From: Sedimentisphaerales bacterium
GTDB taxonomy: Bacteria > Planctomycetota > Phycisphaerae > Sedimentisphaerales > Anaerobacaceae
Direction of reading: 5' to 3'
DNA length: 64,000 bases
Assembly (NCBI GenBank): GCA_035476995.1
Contig: DATIKY010000344.1
Location: forward strand, 4,550 to 68,549
A program made the position numbers and the translations under genes. Positions 35,260-42,757 of the stretch are shown piece after piece. The notes under the pieces were generated by a model. The model had not been told where the DNA came from. It searched no databases and worked only from the letters and a program-made list of their open reading frames with translations. The stretch's first letter is position 1. Every line of letters starts with the position of its first letter.

Positions 35260-36051
35260 TCATTCGCCGTGTCCGGCTGCTTCCGGAAACGGGGTCGCCT
35301 CGTCCGAGGCCTCCGCCGCGAGTACGCGCCCATCCTGGTCAGGCAAGTGGGCGAAGACCACGTCGGCAATGTCCGAGGCCAGAGCCTTGGCGGCCTGTTC
35401 GGTGACCGAACTGACTTGGACCTGAGCCACATAACGCGCCGGATCGCCGGCCAGATTCGGCCGGCGGCCGAGCCAGCCCGAGAAATCCTTCTCGCTCAAT
35501 GTGACTCGTCCGTTCAGGACGTAGTAGTTCAGCACGTAGATTCGCTCAAAAGTAGGCGCCGGCTTGCGGAAGCAGTGGATCAGACAGTCCACCGTCCGGC
35601 CGGACCAACTGACCACCTGAGAAGAAATCGTGCTTTCCCAGATCCAGCCGCTCCCGGGATAACACCGCTGGGGCCGGTGTCCGATAATCCCGGACAGGCG
35701 GGTCGCACAGTAGACGACGTACAGGTTGCCCCCCAGGCGCTCGGTCAGGTTGACGTATCTGCGGTTCACATAGTCATCCGCGAAATTCCGCTCCATGTAG
35801 AGCAGGGTGCCGGCTTCGATCTCCAGGTCCTGGCCCTCCCAGTTGCCGATCCGGGCGGGGATCCGGCTCAACGGAATACACAACTCGATATGGTTGTCCG
35901 CGGACATCTTCCAGCGACGGACAAGATACCGATACGCCAGGCCGCCCGCGACCAACACCACCACAGCGACGACGGTCGCCATGACCGCGGTCACAGCCCC
36001 AATGCTCCGATGCTCTTCGTTATGTCGATGCCTCATAGGCACAACCTGCAT
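35260..36051 (-). CDS. epsI: EpsI-family exosortase-associated protein
   Basis: It has an N-terminal TM helix (AVTAVMATVVAVVVLVAGGLA). The EpsI-like core reads IPARIGNWEGQDLEIE ... YVNRRY ... LYVVYCATRLSGIIGHRPQRCYPGSGW. The start is ambiguous (ATG 36051, GTG 36042 or ATG 36036). Confidence 0.75.
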   Translation of the reverse strand: MQVVPMRHRHNEEHRSIGAVTAVMATVVAVVVLVAGGLAYRYLVRRWKMSADNHIELCIPLSRIPARIGNWEGQDLEIEAGTLLYMERNFADDYVNRRYVNLTERLGGNLYVVYCATRLSGIIGHRPQRCYPGSGWIWESTISSQVVSWSGRTVDCLIHCFRKPAPTFERIYVLNYYVLNGRVTLSEKDFSGWLGRRPNLAGDPARYVAQVQVSSVTEQAAKALASDIADVVFAHLPDQDGRVLAAEASDEATPFPEAAGHGE

Positions 36052-36343
36052 TCCTTAGAAACAGGGGTACGCATACCTGCGTATCCCCCGGGTGGTACGC
36101 CCGTTATCGATCAGCACCACAAGTCAGGACGAAATGTGAGGCAGCCGGACCCTGCATGCCAACCCCCTGCTATCCGTCAGTTCATTTGTGTCGCCGTTGG
36201 GCTATTATCGACGCAGCCACAAGGAAACTCAAGCAAAAAAGCAGCCGGTCTCTGCCCCCCCGCCGGCACGAAAGTCCCCATCGTCCTATCTCCTGCCACG
36301 CGAGGCCTCCGGAACCCCGGAGATCGCCAACCGGCATTATGGA

Positions 36344-36373
36344 TTGTCGCCGAGGCAGTTTATTTGCTACAAT
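36344..36373 (+). promoter_or_regulatory. sigma70-type promoter candidate, TTGTCG-N18-TACAAT
   Basis: TTGTCG at 36344-36349 and TACAAT at 36368-36373. It lies about 70 nt upstream of the ATG of the 1491-aa protein, in the divergent gap shared with epsI. Confidence 0.3.
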
Positions 36374-36443
36374 TTGGACAAGGAGTCCGGGGGAACAACT
36401 CCTACGCGCATTCTCGCGTCAACACAGAGTATTGGGGGTACGT

Positions 36444-39400
36444 ATGGCAATCAGGCAGTCGAACAGGCATTGTTACGGCGGAGAACGGACCGGTCACACT
36501 ACGCGTCGCTCCGCCCCTTGGCATCACTGCATTCTGCCGCTCCTGCTGATGGGCATGGCGATTCCCGCTCGGGGAGCAACCTATTATCTGAACACCACCA
36601 CCGGCAGCGTCGACAATCCCGGCTCCAACGCCCAGCCGTGGAGAACCCTGGATCAAGTGCAATCCAAGGCCGGGGAAGGCGACACCGTCGTCATCCAGCA
36701 GGCGGATGCAGCGACCTACGCAGCCCTGTGGCCAAGCCACGTCTCCTACCGGGCCGACACGATCCAACAGTTCGGCATCACGTGGAAATTCAGCGATTAC
36801 CGCCCCGTCGGACAGTTCGCCAACGGCGATTTCTGGGTCGTCGGGCCGGTGACCATCGTTGGGATCCTGCCGCAATCGACCTCCGTGGACGGGCGAATCA
36901 TGAACGGGACTATGATCAATCCAAGTCCCAAGGAAAAGTCGCAGGGCTACGACAATTCCATGTATGCCAATACCTATTCGCCAGCATTGAACGTGGCGTT
37001 CAACCGGTCGCCCAGCAACCCACTGGTCGTACAGCCGGGCTCCTCGCTGGTCTCGACCATCAGCATGCCCGGCGCAGGCGTAATTCCGCAGTTGCAGCGA
37101 GCGGCGGTCCTGACGGTTCTGAACGCGCCCGCTCCGACGGGAAGTTTCAGGCCCGCCTACTCCGGCACGGACAAGACGGTTCGGTTCAACAAATCGGACC
37201 TGAACTACGCGATTCTCCGGCGTCTGCCTGCGGTCGCGAATACCCCGACTCTCGGTTCCGTGGAGGCCCTGTTCGCCGCGCCCTGGATCGACCACCAGCC
37301 GGGTTGGCCGCAGAGAATGCAGCACCCCAAACTCAACATGCCGGACTATGGACGCGAAATCCATCGGGACATCGGTATCGGGGGGTTGATGTTGCACCTG
37401 GACTTCACGCCGGAGCAGAAACAGACGCTGATGGTCCGCTACGTCCAACTGGGAGTTGATTTCTACGGAATCGTCAAGGCCGGAGGCACCTGGAACTGGG
37501 TCGGCGAAGGGGGGCACGGAGGGGGCCGCAAATGGCCTATCCTTTTTGCCGGCATGGTCCTCAACGACCTCGATATGAAAGCCATCGGCCAGAAGTCCGG
37601 CAACTATCTGTACAGCAACGGATATGGGCCTGGCAACTCACCTCCCGATTATGTTCATTTCGGCGAGGACGACCAGACCTTCTATGTCTCGGAGTTTGAC
37701 GTTGCCCTGACAAACGGACCCAAGTGGAATCCGGACACGCGTAGCGGTCCTCCTTCCCCCTATCTGCGATCCGACATCGGAATGCCGGAATGGGGTATCG
37801 AGCATTCGCACAATCCGCACAGAAGCGACAAGGCCTTCCATGCGATCTACCGAAATGTGGCTGGCCCTCCCTTCAACGGCACAGCACTGGCTGCGCTCCT
37901 GACGCCGGGGGCGAAGGCCCTGTGGAATCACAACGCCTACTTCGACTACACGGACCGCTATCAGGCGTTCACCGGCCCCGGCGGGGAGTACGCGGGCTAT
38001 TGGCACACATCCAGCGGCTTCGCGGACAGCATGTGGCACGCCTACCGCTCGCTTGGAGGGGCCGTCTGGCCGGCGACCGACGCCGGCGGCGCCCCGGTTC
38101 TATCGCCCATCGGAAATAGGCAGGTCCTGGTGGGCGAGACTCTCACGTTTGTCGCCAGCGCCGCGGGCAACGGGCTGACCTACACCGCCACAGGCCTGCC
38201 CGCCGGAGCGACGTTCACGAACGCGACGTTCGCGTGGACGCCGACGTCCGGCCAGGTCGGCAGTCACCAGGTCACATTCACCGTCAGCGACGGGCAGGCC
38301 CAGGATTCCGAGACGATCACGATCACCGTGTCGCGGCCGAACACGGCGCCTGTCCTGGGCAGCATCGGCGACAAGAGCGTGAACGAGAATCAGGCCCTGA
38401 GCTTCACCGTCAGCGGCACCGACGCCGACGGCGACTCTCTCACGTATTCCGCCACCGGCCTGCCGGGCGGCGCGACCTTCAACGGCCAGACGTTCTCCTG
38501 GACCCCCGGCTTCACGCAGGCGGGGTCCTACTCGGTGACCTTCACCGTCAGCGACGGCAAAGCCCAGGCTTCCAGGACGGTCGCGATCTCGGTCGCCGAC
38601 GTCAACCGGGCGCCCGCCCTGGCGTCCATCGGGGATCGATCGGTCAGCGAGGACAACACGCTGGCTCTGACTCTCTCGGGAACCGATCCGGACGGGACCG
38701 TCCTGACCTACTCGGCCACGGGGCTTCCCGCCGGCGCGACGTTCGCAGGCCAGGACTTCCGTTGGACGCCGGGCGCGGAGCAGGTCGGCTCGCACCAGAT
38801 CACGTTCACCGTCAGCGACGGCTCGCTGACCGCCTCCGAGACGATCGCCGTCATGGTCGTTGGCGCCGGCCCGGACACGGCCGCCCCGGTCGTGGCCAGG
38901 CAATCCCCGGCGCCGGGAACGATCCAGGTGCCGCTGAACAACCTGATCACGTTCCACGTGACCGACGCCGGCAAGGGAGTCAACGTCTCGTCGGTGACCG
39001 TCACGCTGGACGACCAGATCATCTACCAGGGCAACACGCCCCTGTACACCAGCGCCCGGGGCCGGTGTATCCGGTCGGGCTCCAAGAACGACTATCGATT
39101 CACCTATCAGCACAACGATCTGTTCGACTTCGACCATGAGATTCGCATGACGGTCAACGCCGCCGATCTGGCGGGCAACGTCATGAGCCCGACGACGTAT
39201 TCCTTCTCGACCGAGATGCGGACCTTCGCAAGCAACCGTCGCGTCAGCCAGACCGGCGCCCTCGCCAAGGGATCGCCGGCGACGGTGGGCGACGCGGCCG
39301 GCAACATCTGGGCGGCCTGGCACGCGGGTCCCGTCGGCGCCAGGGACATCTTCCTGGCGCGGATGGCCGCGGGCCAGGACGGATTCGATGCCCCAGTCCA

Positions 39401-40919
39401 GATCACGAACCATCCGCTCGATCAGTGCGATCCGGACCTCGCGTTGGCCGACGACCGGACCCTGTACGTGGTCTGGCAGGACAACCGCAAGGGCGATTGG
39501 GACATCTACGCGTCGGTGAGCGCCGACAGCGGGCTGACCTTCTCGAAAGAAACCGCGGTGGTCGACGCCGACGACAATCAGACCGCTGCGGCGGTGGTCG
39601 CCGACGGCGCCTCGCCCAGCCGGGTCTACGTCGCCTGGCAGGACGACCGCAACGGCAATCAGGACATCTACGTCGCCCACTCGGCCAACGCCTTCGCCAG
39701 CGCGACCGTGTCTCGCGTCACGACGAATACCGCTGACCAGACGGAGCCGGACATCGCCGTTGACGCGGGCAACACGGTCTACCTCGTCTGGACCGACAGG
39801 CGAAGCGGACAGGCGGATCTCTACGCCGCGGCTTCAAACGCCTCGTGGACGAACGTCCCGGTGATGACCGACGCCGGCGATCAGACGAGCCCGGCCCTGG
39901 CCGTGACTGCGGGAGGTTCCACCGTCCACCTGCTGTGGGTGAACCGCGTCTCGGGCAATGCGGACGTCTGCTACGCGTCGTCCAACGGCCTTCCTTCGTC
40001 CCCGCTGACCGGCGTGAGCATCATCGACGACACCACCGGCGCCGACCAGACCGCGCCGTCCGTCGCGTGCGACGCCGCGGGCAAAGTCTTCGCCTGCTGG
40101 CAGGACGACCGCAACATCGGCCCGTACGGGGCGGACACCGACGTCTACTTCACCGAACTCAGCGACGGCGCCGTAAAGACGAACGTCCTGCTCGGCGACG
40201 GCGGCGCCCGGGGCAGCCAGACCGAACCGGCCATCGCCCTGAGCACGGACGGCCAGCCTTACATCGTCTGGGCGGATTCCCGCAACTCATCCTCGGATAT
40301 CTACTGCGCCGCGACGACGTATCTGGACTCGACCCCGCTGTATTCGGCCCTGATCAATCCCGACGCACAGACCACGATCGGAACCGCGCCGGCCGCGATT
40401 ACGCGGGCCTCGGACGTCTCGATCGTCGTGCCGGCGGGCGCCTGCCTGAGCAGCGTCCGAGTCAGCATCTCGAAGATTCTCAACCCGATCGTTTCGCCGG
40501 ACGATTGCCTGGGCAGCTATGATTTCGGGCCCAGCGGCATCGAGTTCAGCCAGCCGGTCACGGTGACCATCCCCTACCAGGCCGACGCCGCCAACCGCCA
40601 GGCGCGGGCCTACTGGTACAACTCCCTGACCGGCGCTCTGAGCCAGCAGGGCATCACCGACATCGAGACTATCGCGATCAGCGGCGACCTCTACGCCCTG
40701 CAATTCAAGACCACGCACTTCACGCCGTACTATCTCGTCGCCAGCGATGCGGAGGTCATGGCCTTCGCGGGCGCCGACGGCAACGGCGGCTGTTCCATGT
40801 CCGCCACCGGCGGCGGTTCGCCCAGGCACCTGCTCGTCCCGTACGCCATCGTGGTCGTGTTCATGGCGATCCTGCGGCACAGAGACAGAAGAAGAGCGGC
40901 CGAACGCATCGGATCATGA
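36444..40919 (+). CDS. large secreted multidomain surface protein: unknown N-terminal domain, 3 cadherin/Ig-like repeats, beta-propeller-like repeats, Cys-containing C-terminal sorting-tag-like tail
   Basis: The start was set at ATG 36444 (the ORF-track start at 36156 adds 96 non-protein-like residues). Signal peptide WHHCILPLLLMGMAIPARGA. The three ~85-aa repeats read LTY.ATGLP.GATF....F.WTP...Q.GS..VTFTVSDG. There are 6-7 units of type DQTEPDIAV...VYLVW.D.R.G..DIY. The tail is GADGNGGCSMSATGGGSPRHLLVPYAIVVVFMAILRHRDRRRAAERIGS. Confidence 0.85.
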   Translation: MAIRQSNRHCYGGERTGHTTRRSAPWHHCILPLLLMGMAIPARGATYYLNTTTGSVDNPGSNAQPWRTLDQVQSKAGEGDTVVIQQADAATYAALWPSHVSYRADTIQQFGITWKFSDYRPVGQFANGDFWVVGPVTIVGILPQSTSVDGRIMNGTMINPSPKEKSQGYDNSMYANTYSPALNVAFNRSPSNPLVVQPGSSLVSTISMPGAGVIPQLQRAAVLTVLNAPAPTGSFRPAYSGTDKTVRFNKSDLNYAILRRLPAVANTPTLGSVEALFAAPWIDHQPGWPQRMQHPKLNMPDYGREIHRDIGIGGLMLHLDFTPEQKQTLMVRYVQLGVDFYGIVKAGGTWNWVGEGGHGGGRKWPILFAGMVLNDLDMKAIGQKSGNYLYSNGYGPGNSPPDYVHFGEDDQTFYVSEFDVALTNGPKWNPDTRSGPPSPYLRSDIGMPEWGIEHSHNPHRSDKAFHAIYRNVAGPPFNGTALAALLTPGAKALWNHNAYFDYTDRYQAFTGPGGEYAGYWHTSSGFADSMWHAYRSLGGAVWPATDAGGAPVLSPIGNRQVLVGETLTFVASAAGNGLTYTATGLPAGATFTNATFAWTPTSGQVGSHQVTFTVSDGQAQDSETITITVSRPNTAPVLGSIGDKSVNENQALSFTVSGTDADGDSLTYSATGLPGGATFNGQTFSWTPGFTQAGSYSVTFTVSDGKAQASRTVAISVADVNRAPALASIGDRSVSEDNTLALTLSGTDPDGTVLTYSATGLPAGATFAGQDFRWTPGAEQVGSHQITFTVSDGSLTASETIAVMVVGAGPDTAAPVVARQSPAPGTIQVPLNNLITFHVTDAGKGVNVSSVTVTLDDQIIYQGNTPLYTSARGRCIRSGSKNDYRFTYQHNDLFDFDHEIRMTVNAADLAGNVMSPTTYSFSTEMRTFASNRRVSQTGALAKGSPATVGDAAGNIWAAWHAGPVGARDIFLARMAAGQDGFDAPVQITNHPLDQCDPDLALADDRTLYVVWQDNRKGDWDIYASVSADSGLTFSKETAVVDADDNQTAAAVVADGASPSRVYVAWQDDRNGNQDIYVAHSANAFASATVSRVTTNTADQTEPDIAVDAGNTVYLVWTDRRSGQADLYAAASNASWTNVPVMTDAGDQTSPALAVTAGGSTVHLLWVNRVSGNADVCYASSNGLPSSPLTGVSIIDDTTGADQTAPSVACDAAGKVFACWQDDRNIGPYGADTDVYFTELSDGAVKTNVLLGDGGARGSQTEPAIALSTDGQPYIVWADSRNSSSDIYCAATTYLDSTPLYSALINPDAQTTIGTAPAAITRASDVSIVVPAGACLSSVRVSISKILNPIVSPDDCLGSYDFGPSGIEFSQPVTVTIPYQADAANRQARAYWYNSLTGALSQQGITDIETIAISGDLYALQFKTTHFTPYYLVASDAEVMAFAGADGNGGCSMSATGGGSPRHLLVPYAIVVVFMAILRHRDRRRAAERIGS
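38094..38864 (+). repeat. three tandem ~255-nt coding repeats (cadherin/Ig-like domains) inside the large surface-protein gene
   Basis: The protein repeats start PVLSPIGNRQV.., APVLGSIGDKSV.. and APALASIGDRSV... Each ends ..VTFTVSDG....S.TI.I.V. Confidence 0.8.
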
Positions 40920-41671
40920 GTCGATTTGCAGGTTCATTCCGTCACTGGAGCAGCGACGCCGGGCCGTGCGCGATCGCCGGATCGGCGCCGCTGCCGGTGC
41001 CGACCCCGTCGATCCGTCCGTCGGCGTCGCTGGTCCTGGAGACCGCAGCGGTGGCGATCGCGGCAGTGGCCGCTGTGCGGTTGCTCCATGTGCACCGACC
41101 CTTCGGTCTCCACTGGCTCCTGATCCCGTGCACGCTGGCGGTCGCCGCCCTGGCGCCCGCGTGGATCGCCCGGAGGGATTTCCCTCCTGTGGGCCTGCGC
41201 GTCGAAACGATCGGTCCGTCGCTGCGGGCCACGGCGGTCGTCTGCCTGTGCGTCCTGCCGCCGGTCTATATCGGACTGTGGCTGCTGACCTGCCGGGGCG
41301 TTCCCATCCCGCTGCGTCCGAGTCTGGCCCCCGGCGAAGACCGGCTCAGTTGGCTGCTGTACCAGTTCCTGTACGTGGCGGCGGCCGAAGAAGTATTTTT
41401 CCGCGGATATCTCCAGGCCAACACGATGAGACGGCTCGGCGAAAGCCGTCTGTCCCCGCCGGCCCGGCGGTGGATCGCGATCGCGATCTCCGCGGGCGGT
41501 TTCGCCCTGGCGCACGTCGTGGTCCAGGGTCAGATAGTATCGGCCCTGACATTCCTGCCCGGCCTGCTCATGGCCTGGCTGTTCGTGAGAACGCGCTGCC
41601 TGCTGGCGTCCATCCTGTTTCACGGCCTGGCCAACGTCTCCTATGGGATCATGGCCGCGATCCTGGCCTGA
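40916..41671 (+). CDS. CPBP-family (CAAX-protease-like) intramembrane glutamic endopeptidase
   Basis: All three CPBP motifs are present: AAAEEVFFRGYLQ (EExxxR), GGFALAHV (FxxxH) and SILFHGLANV (HxxxN). The protein is polytopic. Its ATG (40916-40918) overlaps the TGA of the upstream gene (ATGA). Confidence 0.85.
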   Translation: MSRFAGSFRHWSSDAGPCAIAGSAPLPVPTPSIRPSASLVLETAAVAIAAVAAVRLLHVHRPFGLHWLLIPCTLAVAALAPAWIARRDFPPVGLRVETIGPSLRATAVVCLCVLPPVYIGLWLLTCRGVPIPLRPSLAPGEDRLSWLLYQFLYVAAAEEVFFRGYLQANTMRRLGESRLSPPARRWIAIAISAGGFALAHVVVQGQIVSALTFLPGLLMAWLFVRTRCLLASILFHGLANVSYGIMAAILA

Positions 41672-41895
41672 TTCCTCGCGCGGAGGTGCTTATCGGGGCT
41701 TGCTGAAGTTCCGGACACGCGGGGACCGATAAAACCCTGCCCGACGGAACAAGGCCGACCCACACGGCACAAGCTCCTCGTCCGGCGCCATTCGAATCAA
41801 GTGCATACCCCCACGCGACGATGAACGCTGTGGCAAAACTACGTGCGGGTCTTCCCTGACGCGGGATTTCCCCGGAGGAACCCCATCGGAAGAGG

Positions 41896-42753
41896 GTGTC
41901 AATGAACGAGAAACGAGTCATTCGAGTCGTCTGGCTGGTCAAGGCTTCCCTCGTGGCCGCGTTGGTCTACGGCGGCTTTCGCGCCGCCATGGACCACCTG
42001 CACGTCGCGGCGTTCGACCCGGCCGCCGCGGTCGGCGAGGAACCTCTGCCGGACGCCGGTCCGGAGGCGACCGGTCCCCGATCCTCCGCGGACTATGAGG
42101 GAATTCTCCAGAGCAACCTGTTCTCCGCGACGGACCCGCGGAAGGTTCAGGCCCTGGATTCCATGCCCTCGGCGGAGGAACTGGGCCTGCGTCTGGTGGG
42201 CTCCATCGCCGGCGGACCGGCCATTTCCCGAGCCAATATCCAGGACACCAAAGGCAAAACCACCGGCGTGTACCGAATCGGCGACACCGTCGCCTCGGCC
42301 ACGATCGAAGCCATCCAGCAGGACGCGGTCGTGCTCCGGCACGAAGGCCGTCAGTTGATCCTGCGGCTGCGAACCGGGACCGCCGGAGGCGAGACGCCTT
42401 CTTCCGGGTCCATGCTTCCAACGACTCCCGAGAAGGCCCCGACCCCGGCCCAGAAGGCGGCGATGCCCCCGGTCAAAGCCGACTACGTCGCGGAGGTCTT
42501 TCGCAAGGCGACCATCGAACCCTATGTGAAAAACGACCGGACCGAGGGTCTGCGAATCACCGGTCTGGACAAAATCCCCATGGCCGAACTGTTCGGCCTG
42601 CGAAACGGCGACGTCATCCGAAAAGTCAACGGCCAGCAACTGACGAGCAAACAGAAGGCGTTCCAGGTCCTGATGAAAGCCCGGACGCAATCGAAGGTGG
42701 ATATTGAACTGTTACGCAACGGCAAAAGCAAAGATCTGTCATTCGGTCTCTAG
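41896..42753 (+). CDS. gspC: type II secretion system protein C (GspC, TM anchor + PDZ domain)
   Basis: N-terminal anchor VVWLVKASLVAALVYGGF. An HR-like segment reads LRLVGSIAGGPAISRANIQDTKGKTTGVYRIGDTVASATIEAIQQDAVVL. The C-terminal PDZ region reads GLRITGLDKIPMAELFGLRNGDVIRKVNGQQL. It lies immediately upstream of gspD. The start could instead be ATG 41902. Confidence 0.75.
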   Translation: MSMNEKRVIRVVWLVKASLVAALVYGGFRAAMDHLHVAAFDPAAAVGEEPLPDAGPEATGPRSSADYEGILQSNLFSATDPRKVQALDSMPSAEELGLRLVGSIAGGPAISRANIQDTKGKTTGVYRIGDTVASATIEAIQQDAVVLRHEGRQLILRLRTGTAGGETPSSGSMLPTTPEKAPTPAQKAAMPPVKADYVAEVFRKATIEPYVKNDRTEGLRITGLDKIPMAELFGLRNGDVIRKVNGQQLTSKQKAFQVLMKARTQSKVDIELLRNGKSKDLSFGL

Positions 42754-42757
42754 CACG

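Noticed and set aside
36156-36443. Upstream 96 codons of the 1587-aa ORF-track entry.
   Set aside because: The translation (MPTPCYPSVHLCRRWAIIDAATRKLKQKSSRSLPPRRHESPHRP...) is not protein-like and would bury the signal peptide. ATG 36444 places a positively charged n-region and hydrophobic core at the N-terminus, and a promoter-like element lies inside the rejected stretch.
38100-39680. A 526-aa minus-strand ORF inside the large surface-protein gene. Also 42914-44911(-), 43945-44991(-) and 44937-47162(-) opposite gspD/gspE/gspF, 46744-47889(-), 51435-52565(-), 57978-60338(-) and 61349-63796(-).
   Set aside because: Same reasoning. These are antisense to genes with strong motif support (Ig-like repeats, secretin core, GspE Walker boxes, GspF repeats, vWA). 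Their translations are low-complexity and Arg/Gly/Asp-rich.
41680-41745. A possible terminator after the CPBP gene (TTATCGG ... CCGATAA).
   Set aside because: The stem is 7 bp with a ~28-nt loop and no U-run. This is too weak to call, so whether the CPBP gene and gspC are co-transcribed is left open.
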